Source: Callorhinchus milii
Lineage: Eukaryota
NCBI RefSeq assembly: GCF_018977255.1
Contig: NW_024704742.1
Coordinates: forward strand, 106,206,001 to 106,270,000
Direction of reading: 5' to 3'
DNA length: 64,000 nucleotides
The translations under genes and the position numbers were made by a program. Positions 25,670 to 38,200 of the stretch are shown here, one piece after another (position 1 is the stretch's first letter; every line of letters starts with the position of its first letter). The notes beneath the pieces are model-generated. The model was not told the origin of the DNA. It made no database searches and saw nothing but the letters and a program-made list of their open reading frames with translations.

Positions 25670-26550
25670 CATCACCATCTCACTCCATCACTATCTCACT
25701 ACATCATCATCTCATGACACCACCATCCTATTACATCACCATCTCACTATATCACTATATCACTATATCACTATCTCACTCCATCACCATCTCACCACAT
25801 TGTTATCTCAGTACATCACCATCTCACTCCATCATCAACAACAACAACAAATTACATTTATAGAGCGCCTTCCACATCGGGAGCACGTCCCAAGGTGCTG
25901 GACAGTCAGTGGTCTCGATCTGAGCATGGGGGAGGGATCGGGTAGGGGTGAGGGAAGGCAGAGAGGTGGGAGGCGACCGAAGGCACGATCGAAGAGAAGA
26001 GGCTTGAGACCGGCCTTGAAGGAGATAAGGGAGGAAGCGAGGTGAAGGGACCGTGGGATGGAGTTCCAGAGTGTGGGGGCAGAGAGGCTGAAAGCCCGGC
26101 AACCAATGGTAAGTCGGTTCAGGCGGGAGACATGGAGCAGACCGGAGCCCGCTGAACGGAGGGAGCGGGCAGGTTGGTAGGGAGTCAGCAGGTCAGAGAG
26201 GTAGGAGGGGGCAAGGCCATGGATGGCCTTAGAGGTGAGGATGAGGATCTCTGAGGGATGGGAAGCGGTGGAGTCGGATGAGAGTGGGAGTGATGGGGTC
26301 GCCATCTCACCATCTCACCACATCACTACATCACCATCTCACCACATCACCATCTCACTATCTCACGCTATCACCGTCTCACTATATCACCATTTACCAT
26401 CTCACTCCATCACTATCTCACTCCATTATTTCCACCCCCCACCATCTCCCGCCCTCACCATCTCACTATCTCATTCCATTACAATCTCACCATATCGTTA
26501 TCTCACCATCTCACCACAACACCATTTCATCATCTCACTCTATCATATCT
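25670..26550. repeat. CACCATCT/CACTATCT simple-repeat array split by an L2 insertion
   Basis: Repeats at 25670-25835 and 26302-26548 flank the L2 at 25837-26303. Confidence 0.9.
25837..26303 (-). mobile_element. L2 3' fragment
   Basis: ILILTSKAIHGLAPSYLSDLLTPYQPARSLRS...APTLWNSIP; (AAC)n tail. Confidence 0.93.
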
Positions 26551-28329
26551 TAAGACATCCCCTTCTATGGTGCATAGATTAATCTATTTCTTCATACCAT
26601 TTCTTCACATTCACAATGGGGCTTGCACCAATACCCAATTGATCACAATTAATTCCCAACCTTGATATCAAACTAGTGGTTTTCAAAACTGACCCATGGA
26701 AATTCTGCTTCAAAGTACCCTTTAAAGAGTTAGATTATGGCTGAGTGGAGTTCTAGGGGGTCAGCATGTATATTTGGTTACTGGTTCCGATTTTATTATT
26801 ATTATTATTATTTTTTCTACTGGCTACAATAAGTGCATGAATTTGCTCAAGATTTTACTATTTTGAAACAGAAAAAAATAACATTTAGTCAAAATAACAC
26901 ACCAGTCTGTAGGTTAGTAACTTTTTACAGTATATATTGTCTTACATTTGTGAAACTCATTATCAATTTCTGTTTTCTACTCCTGGTTATGATAGTCATG
27001 ACATTATTTTTGAAAATAAATAAACAAAAATTTAAAAAAAAACACACGAGCATACATATGATTTTATCATTGGAGTTGAGCTCCTTTAAAAAGTGCCTGT
27101 CAAGACATAATAATACAAGGGTGTTTGCCTGATAGCACAGTGGTTTACTTTGTGAGCTTTTTATTAAAGCTATCATTCTAAATGTAAAGCAAATTCAATA
27201 AATATATTTTTGGAACAACAGTGTCATTTCAAGTAAAATCCCATCTTTTATGAGAGCAATGTGGATAAATAGGGGGATTTTAAACAAATAGCCCAATCAG
27301 AATTGCATCTGAAACTCACAAATCCAAAAAAAGCCTCTTAATTTTCGTCAATTTGCAGCACTGTGTAGGTGGTCATTGCCTCTGAGAACCGTTCAAGGTT
27401 GTGAACAGCTATTCTCTATCCATTCCTTTATTTTACAGAATTGATAAAACCCCCATGCATGGCACTGAATGCATACTGGAGAGACAATAAGGAGCATGTA
27501 ATGGCCTTCAGTTTCTTTTAGTGGGCAGTGAATGCCTGAGAATCGGAGTACGTTCGAAATGCACGCGCTGCTCTACTGCCTTTGTGAGAGCAGGAAATGA
27601 GCGCTAAGAGCCCTTCTGAGTTCCTTCTCTCTCTCCATCGGCTTCAATTTGTGGAACAATTTTTAACCTCTTCATAGTTGCGCTTACCGATATGGCGCAT
27701 ATCCAGCACAAAGCGGTGGACACGGCTGAATTGATTTGGGGAAGGTTATTTTTGAACTGGTTCAATCTTTTAAACCAATTTACTTCAATTTAGGCACACA
27801 TTTAAACCAATCTGAACCAGTGCTGCACAAAGACAAGAAGAGTGGCAGATTCTGAACTATCTCACGAGCTGGTTTAACGAAGATCGATCCAAATTGTTTT
27901 CTTTTAGAGAACTCTAAAATGTGTGTTATTCGAGCTGATGCAGTTTAACAAACAAAGTGGGCAAAGCAGCTTTATCCCAAATATGTTAGGAGTTAACATT
28001 TTTGGAAAGCGTTGGAGCTAGTAAGCTTTATACATGTTATTTATCATTGTTGATTCAAAAATCTGAAACCCCATACATGCTAAGCAGAAACCTATACACT
28101 AGTCACTGCACTTTACAATAAAATCCTCTGAAGTGTTTTGAGACTTCTCAATGGGATAATAAGGCACTACATCAAATGGAGGATTATTATCGAAAAAAGT
28201 GTTTCTGAAATGTACCTAAAACCATATAATGATGCATTGAATTCCTAACATTACTACCACCCAAAGTCCTCGGGTCATTTCAAGCTTGCAATTTTAGATC
28301 ACAAGAAATACTTGATACGGAGACATGCC

Positions 28330-29090
28330 TTTTGGACAACAAACAAACATCAGTCACTTGCCTCAGCCAACTGATGCTCGCTAATTCAGTTTTAAAATAA
28401 TTATGCTAACTATGATGCTAATAGCTAATTAGCCATAAAGGGAAATTAAATCAGATTTTCCTAACTACAAATCTTGTCTGGCAATATGTTTATTACATAA
28501 ATTCCAATTTACCAGAGCCCAGGGCACCATATATCATAAAAGATGTCTGGAGGGTGTAAAGTGAATAATCAGCAAGTGATTAAAGGGTTAAGCATTGACC
28601 CCGCTGCTCTTTCAGGGCTGAGTAAATCTCCAGAAGCCTTTGAGTTCCTGCTTACAACAAACTGCAAACATCTCTTATTTTGCATGCAGACAAACACTTC
28701 GGTTAATCTGTGCTAATTACTCGGCTTGGTCCCTCTCATTTGTGCGGGTTAATGAAGGCACTTTTCCAATGAATACTGAGAAGCCCTGCCCATCGCAGGC
28801 TGAGAAGAAAACACACACTGGCCAGTTTTCTCATTTGAAAAACATGGCTGAGTTAATCCAGGATTGTTAAGGGAAAAGTAGATGGCTTTGCATGCATAGC
28901 CTTTTGTCTGGGCTCTGTGACCGTTGATGTGGGAAAACATTCATGGGCAGGCTATTAGTTGGAATAATCAGACTGAAGTACTTATCAGAAAGGAAAGCAA
29001 AATGCAATTAGGCTAGAATTACAATTGGACTAATTACAATGCAGAAGCTTTGAGCTACTTGGTAAATGAATGATTTTAACCCCATTTTTT
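28330..29090. promoter_or_regulatory. Long candidate conserved enhancer, homeodomain-rich
   Basis: About 750 bp repeat-free, with GCTAATTAGC, GCTAATTAC, TTAATCC (K50/OTX-type), TAATCAG, TGATTAA and CTAATTAC motifs. Confidence 0.55.
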
Positions 29091-29479
29091 GGCAACTTTC
29101 AAATGGTATTAGACATGATGTTCTTGAATGACAAGCAGGGACAGATGTCTAATGGAGATAGGAAATTAAATCAAATAAGAGACAATTTTCAGAAAAAATA
29201 CAGAGTCAATTCAGGTTAGAGAATGGATGATCACGTTCCTTTCAGCAAGGCCCCACTGGGGGGTGGTTAAACATAATGTAGCGTAGATCTTACCCAATTC
29301 CATTACTAAGCAAGAAGTGAAAAAAAAGTAATCTAATTGCTAGCTTTGGACATCTTGATATAAGGAGAAACTCAACAAATTAAAATAATTTCCTTTTCCT
29401 TCTGAAGCATCTTCAAAAATCTACCTCTTACTCATGGAATAAACACCATAAATCAATAATTCTGTGACAAGAAAGAAAA

Positions 29480-29975
29480 ATCTTGCATTTTTGTAGTATC
29501 TTTGCTCACTAATTACACAGTCACTTCACTTTACAGGATATCCTGTGAAGCGATTTGAGACTTCCTCCTAACATGAAAGGCATTATACCAAATGTAAGCA
29601 ATATATCTTATTACATCAAAATATTTCAAATCTCTTCAAACGTATTTACTGTTTGTTTGAAGGCAAATGCATGCAGTGGCCATAATTTTCACCAGCGTGT
29701 TCTCACATTCAGCCAAGATCAATTAATCTAATGAAGGCCAAGATATTGGTACAAGCTCCTTCACGTTTCAGATAGTGCTACAGGATTTTTTACTGTGCAT
29801 CTAAATCTCACCTTAATATTTTAATCACAACACCTCCATCGATGCTGCCACCCCACCCCTCAAATAATGTGCTGGAGTTTCAAGCTAGACTATGAGCTGA
29901 AGTCACAATATGGTGCTAATCCTACAACATTCTGATTCAAGGGTACAAGTTATACTAACTGAACTAAACTAACTC
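29480..29975 (-). mobile_element. Degenerate SINE tail plus Deu-SINE remnant
   Basis: Plus-strand SINE tail at 29515-29600, followed by a reversed Deu core and head (GCTAGACTATGAGCTGAAGTC...TTCTGATTCAAGGG). Confidence 0.5.
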
Positions 29976-30295
29976 AGATAACTGATACTTGTTTTGAGAT
30001 GGACTGAGCAGATCTTGGTGCACAAGACTATATTTGACCTTAACTGAAGCTAAATCAGCAGTCTCAGTCTAACAGACTGCTGAACTGGAGACTGGACCCT
30101 GGGGGAATAGAAGTGCTTTGGTACCAGGAGGAGCTCTTCCTCTTTCGATTTGAGGTGCAATATTCTGGAGAAGGGCAGTGTTTTATCTGACTTGAGACAT
30201 GCTTGATTAGAATCCTTGAAATTGTCACTAGCTGAATGTAGTGCAGTAAAAGCAGTATATCCCAGCAATGTCATACCCACTTTGATAAATGCATT

Positions 30296-30390
30296 GCACA
30301 TACATATATACACATGCACACGCAGACACACATGCATACGTACATAGGCACATACATACGTACATACACATACATACACGCACACACACA
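30296..30390. repeat. CA/TA-rich compound microsatellite
   Basis: Direct observation. Confidence 0.9.
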
Positions 30391-31496
30391 TTGAACAAAA
30401 TTTTAAAGTAACTCAATGAGTAGTTCAGGGTTATGTTTTTTTACTGAACCAAAATAATTGCAAGAAATTTTAGATACCGCTGTAGATTGTAGGGGTTATA
30501 TTTAATGTCAAGATAGCTTCTAGTGAGGCAAAATGAACAGTATATTTGGCATTAATGACATTCGTAAAAGATCATGTCACTGAAATATTCAACAATGTCA
30601 ATTCTGATGCTCGGATGGTATTTTGCACCCCAGTCACAGATTGTTTTTTACTAGCTCTTAACTTCTAATTCTTCATTTTATGTAACATTTCTGTGTCACC
30701 CAGCAACAAGGCAATAATTTGGATATTACTTACTCCGTACAATACTTGAATTTTGTGATGTTATGATTATTATCAATGTCATTTTAAAGAAAATTAGATG
30801 CAATAGTTAACTGCCCGAGTATGGAGTATGAAATGTTAGCTAGAATAATATTGTAGTCTCAATATTAACTTCTTTTAATATTGAACATTATGCTGGAATC
30901 AGAACATGTAGTCTGCGGAACATTTCCATTCAATGGCAAAGTTTAATTGAAACAAAATAGGAAATGAATCATTCCCGAGCTGCTAAGATTTTACGAGATC
31001 ATCTTATTAAAGGTTAAAAAAATAGAAACGTGTACTTTTGCGGATGCATTTATCTGCACATGAGAATCAATTAATCCCTGAATGTAAAAAATATAATGAA
31101 GAAAAGGTGTTCCATCACCATAGGAAGATTCATAGCTTTAATTCATTTTCAGTTTGTATGCCTCACTTACATGGACATTGTTGAATGAGGAGCCAGGAAA
31201 CTATGGATGGGAACAGAGAGTTGATGCTGTGCACAAGTATATTTTTAAACAGATTTGTAAGATTTGATTAGATGGTTAATTATTCTTGGCAATCATTGGG
31301 CACATACGGATTTATTGGCACTGACAGTCAATAAACCAAAATACCCACCAAAAATATGGACAAACGGAGATTAGGGTGGTCAAAACTGTAATTAATTGCG
31401 AGGTATCCAATCAAAGGATACTTACTGGCCTTCTTTTGGTTTTCTGTCATAAACCATGTCAATTTGAGAATTTAATCAATAAATTTAAAGAATCCT

Positions 31497-31738
31497 AGGC
31501 CTAACATTCCATCCAGCCTTAGCCTGCAGGATAATTTTAGATTAAAATATACAATCGCACAGAGTTGTGAAAAATGCTTCAGTTCTGCCTTAATTTGGAA
31601 GACGGTTGTTTTTAAGAAGTGCAGAAAAACGGATTCCAAATTGAGACAGAATTTAATACATTTCCACAATTCTGCGAGACCTTAAAGTTTAAGGCAAAAT
31701 AGTGTCACAGGCTAAGACAATTTCAGAATTTCAGGCCT
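31497..31738. mobile_element. Palindromic MITE (non-autonomous DNA transposon)
   Basis: Left end AGGCCTAACATTCC...TTAGCCTG versus right end CAGGCTAA...GAATTTCAGGCCT; TA lies outside both GGCC ends; related to 55374-55800. Confidence 0.6.
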
Positions 31739-33759
31739 ACAGTACTGTGTTCACCAGTACAGGAAGGAATTGTTCTGTATGTAATAAAGTTAGTGAAAAT
31801 CATGGTCAAATATGTATGGAGATGACCATTGGAAAGCAAGGTTAAAGGCTGTATTTCTATATCAGGGTCACTAAAACACACTTAAAATATACTGGTGGAT
31901 GAATAAAATGCATGTCAGCACCCTTGGTCCGAGGCATTGGGAGGCAGATCAAACTGGGCTATAAAGTCAATTCATTTTACAGTATATTCTGTGAAGTGCT
32001 TTGAGACATCTCAAAGACATGATAAGGAGCTGTATCAAATGCAAGGATTATTATTATTATCCATCTGGGATAAGTGCGAGGTAGGCACTTTGGGAATACC
32101 AACACCAGCCAGTGACAACAGCAAACAGTGTAACAAATCACAACTTCCAGCACCTTGGGACGTTCTCTCGATGTGAAAGGCGCTATACAAATATAATTTT
32201 ATTGTTGTTTTTGTTCCATTGTTCTCTACACATGGTTGATTTGTTGGTTGCAAATAAACATGGAGTTTAGTGTGTCTGGATCTAATTACCACTATCTCAA
32301 CATCCGCAATAGTATTAACTGTTCAAATCTGAATCTAATTAAACTGATTATTTGAACATGAATTTGATTTTTGGAGAATTGGTCCATTTTAGGCTTAAAT
32401 AGATTTTTTTCTCAAAGTGGCTGAATGCAGAAAAAATAATTCTGTTCCATTGGTCAGAAACCTCTCCTGTATAGCATGAGGCCCAGCGATCCTGAAGCCT
32501 GCAGGATTTCCTCATTTACACTGTGCAGAGTAACCTCAGGAACAATGATCCTGAATCTTCTAGTTTATATATTTAAACAATCAATTTCGTAAACAGTTGA
32601 GGAGCTGGAGGGTAAGTTTACCATCCTTCAAGTCATGAAGAAACCCACGTCTAAACGCAATCTAAGCAGAATCTAATTGAGGGGCAAAATGAGTTGTTGC
32701 ACATAACAGTACATAGAACACATTTAATATGCTTCTGTATTTATGCCACACAGTGCATAATTATTTATCCCACCTCAATGTACCAGTTACTTCATCTGTA
32801 ACTAGATCAAGCATGACTGCGACTGACACAACTCGACTAACACAACTCGAGTCAGTATAAAAATGGTTTGAAGCAGTGACCAAATTCTTAGTGCTAGCAA
32901 AGATCTTCTGGCAAACAAAATAACTACTAACTAATTAACTTCTGCACTCCTAAACGTCTTGCTTTTGGCAGAGGTTTCTTGTGTCGAGAAAAAAAACTAA
33001 ATTGTGATTAAGTGAATAAGAAGATAAATGCAAACTAAGCACATGGGATTCATGAGCCAAGCTTGGGGCTGGAGGTGGGGAGGTGCAGGGGAATAAACAT
33101 TAAATTCAAACCAAACAATCAGACAAGGTATAAATTCCCTTTATTAACAATAATAGTAATAATAGAGAATAATGATCTATAACAAATGCTGCCCTAATTG
33201 CCAATGATGGTGCTTTTAGAGGGATGTGATGCCATTGTCCCAAAGGAGAGAAAGAAAAGCCCAACCTTTACACTTAGAGGAGAAATATCAATTTGAATAG
33301 TCATTTTAATCACAGTGACTTTTTTATTTCCCGCAGTTTTAAGTTACTGCACTCAAACAGTTCAAGCAGATATTTAGTTTTAAGGCACACCAACTTGAAA
33401 GCACAAAGAACAATCAAATCATGCATGATTGAATCTCCTTTATAAAATCATAAAACTGACTAATGCAGTCATATTTATTTAATAATAATGATAATCCTTA
33501 CATTTGATATAGTGCCTTATCATGTCATCGAGACATCTCAAAGTGCTTCACAGAATATACTGTAAAGTAGATTGACTGTATTTATTTACTTCTGTGTGTC
33601 AGCCTGACTCTGTTGGTAGCATTCCCACTTAAGTCAGAAGGTTTATGGGTTCCTTCCCCCCATCGTAACTTTGAAATCATAATTTAAACTGAGACTCCAA
33701 TACAATGCTAAGGGTGGACCTCATTGTTGGAGGTGCTGTCAATACATGACCAAATCTTG

Positions 33760-34800
33760 AATTTTATCCAGAATGTGTATTTGAGCTCCAAAATTTGTTT
33801 AAGGGTTGACAGTAAACTCACTGAGCTAAATACCTCTTCAAAGGATTGTAAGGCAAGGCTGCCAATTGTCACCCACCCTTATCGATGTATTAATCATTGA
33901 TGTGTTGGATAGCATTGAGGGGGATGGATTTGGTGTATCTGTTCCAGACCTTCCTGACATGATTGCAATGCTTCTGTTTACGGGCAATATTGTGCTGCTG
34001 CGAACCACCCTACCAGCTCAGTGGTTAGAGGACGCTCTTCGCAAGAGAGAGATTTGGGGTCGATTCCTGGGCAGGGTGAAACGTTGGGCAAGTTTTCTTA
34101 CTCTACGTGTCTCTGTTTATCTAGAAGTAGGAACCCGGTTGTTAGTCGATTGGCGGATCGCTTTTCTGGGTGCAATAATCCCTTTAAAAAAAACAATAAT
34201 AATTTGGTCACTCAATCCACGACTGTTTGTGGGACGCTGCTATGCACAATTGGCTGCCAACTCCACAGCGGACACATCTATTCCTCACATGAGGATTCGG
34301 ATTAAGCAGCTGGTGCTGAGTAAGCTTGCTGCATGGTATTGGATTTGGACCTGGAGAACATCAAGGTGGCTGGCACATCGCTAACTATCCTGTCAAGGTC
34401 CTCCCACAAACTGGAAACAGATGTCCATCAGATAGCTGATGAGGAAACTGAGGCTTGGAGTGACAGCTGTTGGAAGGCGCTACCTCAGGTCTGAGTTCAT
34501 GACCATGCTTTTGTACAACTAGCAACTTGGAATCCACCTTGATTGCCTTGCAAATAGGCAAGCAGCAACTGCTTAAGCTCCGCATCTCCAACTGGTGGAA
34601 TCATCAATCAGTGAGATCGGAGGTGTGTCCAAGCTGTGGGCAGAACGATGGTGGCAATGCTATCATACATTTCATGCTGAGCTGTGTTGCCCACCAGGAA
34701 GCTTACAGGGAGATCCTGGTACCTACCATCCACCTAGTGAGGGCTCAAACCTGAGCTCATTGGTTGTCAAATGATCTTGAGTTGTAGAATACACTCACTA
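33760..34800 (+). mobile_element. Decayed non-LTR retrotransposon (RTE/RTEX-like), RT plus C-terminal CCHC remnants, interrupted by a SINE
   Basis: VRQGCQLSPTLIDVLIIDVL (from 33848) and MLLFTGNIVLL match RT motifs QGCxLSP and LLxADDIVLL. CPSCGQNDGGNAIIHFMLSC (~34626-34685) is a CCHC zinc knuckle. Confidence 0.75.
34012..34258 (+). mobile_element. tRNA-derived SINE, long-body variant, lacking its 3' tail
   Basis: AGCTCAGTGGTTAGAG head plus extra segment CTGTTTATCTAGAAGTAGGAACCCGGTTGTTAGTCGATTGGCGGATCG; stops at AATTGGCTGCC. Confidence 0.88.
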
Positions 34801-35456
34801 TTTTAGCATTAAACTGATAAGAGAGGTCTCCAGGAGGATGCTTATTGGTTAAATACACAACTTCTCCGCAGGACCATCCTCCTGTGGGGATGTTGGTGGG
34901 GGCCTGGGCAGTAAGTGGGGTCCCCTTGGATCTGAACTTGCTCCAAGGTGACATGTTTGGCAAAATCAGAAGTGAGCCAACCCTCTGTGGTGGCGTCAGT
35001 AAGCTAATCCCTGAGCCAGACAGGTCTGCAGTATTCCACGGCACTGATGAGGCTGTGGCCTGCCTGGCTCATTGGCAGGACTTAGAAAGGCAGACTAGTT
35101 ACTGGGGCAGGGATTCTTCCCACTCAGCTCCTGTTAACCCTGCAATCCAAAGCCCTAATGAGTTGAATGGTTCTAGCTGGACAAGCAGTGGGAAAGCTTG
35201 CCAGACAGCAATATCAATGGCAAGCTATGCGGTTTTAGCTGATTTCTAATTCCAGCAGTGCCCCAACACACAATCTGGGTTCCCCAAATCTTGGCTCTTG
35301 CCAACCTGCACCTATTTTCTGCATTTATGTAAACAGGATGTGTCCCTCTAAGTGTGCATTCTATTGGAATAAACATCCCTGAAATTTCCATGTGTAGGTC
35401 AGATGCATGGAATTCTCAGATCAATTTGGATATTCTTAAGCAAGGTGATGAGTTTC

Positions 35457-36523
35457 CAACAACAATATGCACTTATATAGCGCCCTCCATGCAGAGAAGC
35501 GTCTCAGAGTGCTAGCAATAGAGGAGCCTGACTCCGAGCCGGGTCAGTCCGGTGGGCAGAGGTGACCATCAGCATGGTCGCAATGGAAAGTTTTCAGGTG
35601 GGATTTGAAAAAGGGGAGATAGGGGACAAGGCAGAGGGATTGAGGGAGAGTGTTCCAGAGCTTTGGGGCGTAGTGGCTGAAAGCACGACCTCCAATGGTG
35701 GACAGGAGGGTGTGAGGGCCGAGCAGGAGGCTGGTGCCAGTCAAGTGGAGACGCCAGGTGGTGGATTAGAGAGTGAGGAGGTTGGAGATGTAGGGAGGTG
35801 TCAGGGAGCGAAGGGATTTGAACATGAGTATGAGGATCTTGAAGACGATCTGTTTGGTAATGCGGAGCCAGTGGAGCCTCGCCAGAACTGGTGATATGTG
35901 GGTATAGAGTTTGGTCTAGGTCAGTAAGCAGGCAGCAGAGTTCTGAATGAGCTGGATTTTTTATATAATGGTGCTGAGGAGATCAGCAAGGAATGTGTTT
36001 GAGTAATCCAAGCGGGAGGTGACAAATATATGCACGAGATTTTTGGCTGCATTTGGGGTAAGGTACGGTCGGCAGTGGCCAATGTGGCAGAGGTAGAGGA
36101 AGGTGGTCCTGGTCATGGATCAGATGTGGGGAGGGAGGACAGCTGGGGGTCGAACCAGATGCCTAGATTGCCCACTGTTCAATGAGTCTGAGGGAGAGGC
36201 TGGGGAGGTTTGGGAGGTCAGATCTGTAGAAGTGAAGACATTGACAACAGCAGAACAGTATGGCTTCCATCTTATCCACATTCAGCTGCAGGAAGTTTGC
36301 ACTCATCCAGGCTCTGATGTCTGCCAGACAAGCTGATAGAACATCGGCGGATCTGGAGTCGCAGCTGGAGGAGGCAAAGTAGATTTGTGTGTTATCCGCA
36401 TACATGTGGAAGTTTACCTCATGTCTGCAGATGACATCACTGAGAAGGAGCATATAGATGAGGAAAAGAAGGGACCCAAGGATGGAGCCCTGGGGTATCC
36501 CGCAGGTGACCGGAGGGACACCC
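35457..36523 (-). mobile_element. L2 LINE, ~1.07-kb 3' fragment including RT motifs
   Basis: GIPQGSILGSLLFLIYM, FHMYADNTQIY, LADIRAWMSANFLQLNVDK and GGRAFSHYAPKLWNTLP. Confidence 0.95.
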
Positions 36524-37149
36524 GGCATGTGTCAGACACCCAGCTGACCAAAAAAAGGGGTTTTGCATTGCAATGCTCCAGTGTAGCTGCCTCCCATCAT
36601 TGAATATATTTTTAGTAAGCAAACAGCTGACATTCCCTCACAGGATATTTCCCAAAGCATTTGTGTGACTGAGATTCTGCTGCAGCTTTACTCACTGCTC
36701 AATTTCTTCAACCTCCCTGTGGTGCATTGCTGCTCTGTTCTTGTCAACATATTGACCCCACTTAGTTCTCTTCCCATCATTACTTTCATCTCTCCCGACC
36801 TCCCACATGCTTATCTGTTAAATACACAAATAGTGCATTCTAACAACTCAAGTAAAACGGTGGACATTTTCAAATGCATGAACATTTTTACCTTGCTTTT
36901 AAATCATGCACATTTTCATCAATAAAGTTCAATATACAGAATCCTGTAGTAGGATTAGTCAGAGGTATAGGGAATAACTTGAATAGAAAAATTGATAAGG
37001 ATTTGAGGAGCATGATTATTTCAGGATAAGAAAGGTTGTCCTCCTCATAATAATACTAGAAAATACAGCATCAACAATTATGGTAAACACAGCAAACATA
37101 TTCCCTTGCAAGATCCCACAAACAGCCATGAGATGAATGTGCAATTCAC

Positions 37150-38200
37150 AAGATCTCAAGATTGATTTGGATGAAGCCCTTTCAGCCCTTCTGATCTTTA
37201 GAACACTATACCATCTATCCTCCCTTCCTCTCATCACAGCATCAAGCTGTTTTTTTAAAAGGATCCAGTTTCCTGGCCTCAACTATCCTTCTTGGCAACC
37301 TGTTCCAGTCATTAATTATCCTTGCATAAAGAGATATATCCTGGTATCTATCCTGAAATTGCCCTTCGCAACTCTTAACCTATGTCTTCTGGTCTAATGT
37401 CTGGTGCTTCCTAAAGTACATGATGTCAGGATGTCGATATAAACGACTTCCTGTAGCTCAGTGGAGTCCTGTAGCTCAGTTGTTAGAGCACTTGGCCTGC
37501 AAGCCAGAGGACCTCGGTTTGATTCCCGGCAGGGTGAAACATTGGGCAAGTTTCCTTACTACACACGCCTCTGTTTACCTAGCAGTAAGTCGGAACCCAG
37601 TTCTTAGTCGATTGGCAGATCGCTTTTCCGGGGGTAATAATTCCTTAAAAAAAATAATAAATTGGTCACTCAATCTACTACTGTTTGTGTGCAATTGGCT
37701 GCTGTGTTTCGCCCACAAAATATACAGTCAACTCACTTTACAGTATATTCTGTGAAGCTTTTTGACACGTCTTGAAGATGTGATAGGTGCTATATCAAAT
37801 GCAAGGATTATTAATATTAAACGGGTTTGAGATAAATGGGTAGCACAATATTGTTCTGGGTTACCTTTTTCAATTCCTTTTAACATTTTATACACCTTGC
37901 TGTGGTTCATTCTGAGTAGACTTCTCTCAAGACTAAAGAGCCCAACTTGTTTAATTGTTGGTCATAGTTCATTCCTTTAATATTGGGAATCATCCGTGTT
38001 GCTCTCTTCTGCATTGCAAATGCGACCCCATATGTTGCGGCAACCAGAATTCATGCAGAAATCTAAGTGTGGCCTGGTCAGAGTACTCTACAGCCTGAGT
38101 GTGAGGTCTGTGAATCTAAACTTAACTGGATTTAGCAACATAGCCCAGTATCCTGTTTGCCTTGTTTATTATAGCCTCTGTTCTGACACGGTGAATGATA
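37150..38200 (-). mobile_element. CR1 LINE 3' fragment split by a SINE
   Basis: VYKMLKGIEKGNPEQY on the minus strand (CR1 C-terminal region) and CTGTTCCAGTCATTAATTATCCCTTGCATAAAGA. Confidence 0.7.
37449..37812 (+). mobile_element. tRNA-derived SINE, long-body variant with a duplicated 5' head
   Basis: TCCTGTAGCTCAGTGGAGTCCTGTAGCTCAG head; extra internal segment; (ATT)n tail. Confidence 0.92.

Noticed and set aside
25651-26582. His/Ser/Thr-rich ORFs
   Set aside because: Translations of the CACCATCT simple repeat.
30055-30083. 10-bp perfect stem-loop TCAGCAGTCT/AGACTGCTGA
   Set aside because: Too short to distinguish from chance or a local micro-inversion.
33866-34384. 172-aa ORF as an intact gene
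   Set aside because: Fusion of decayed RT, SINE and downstream relic; the catalytic DD is lost.
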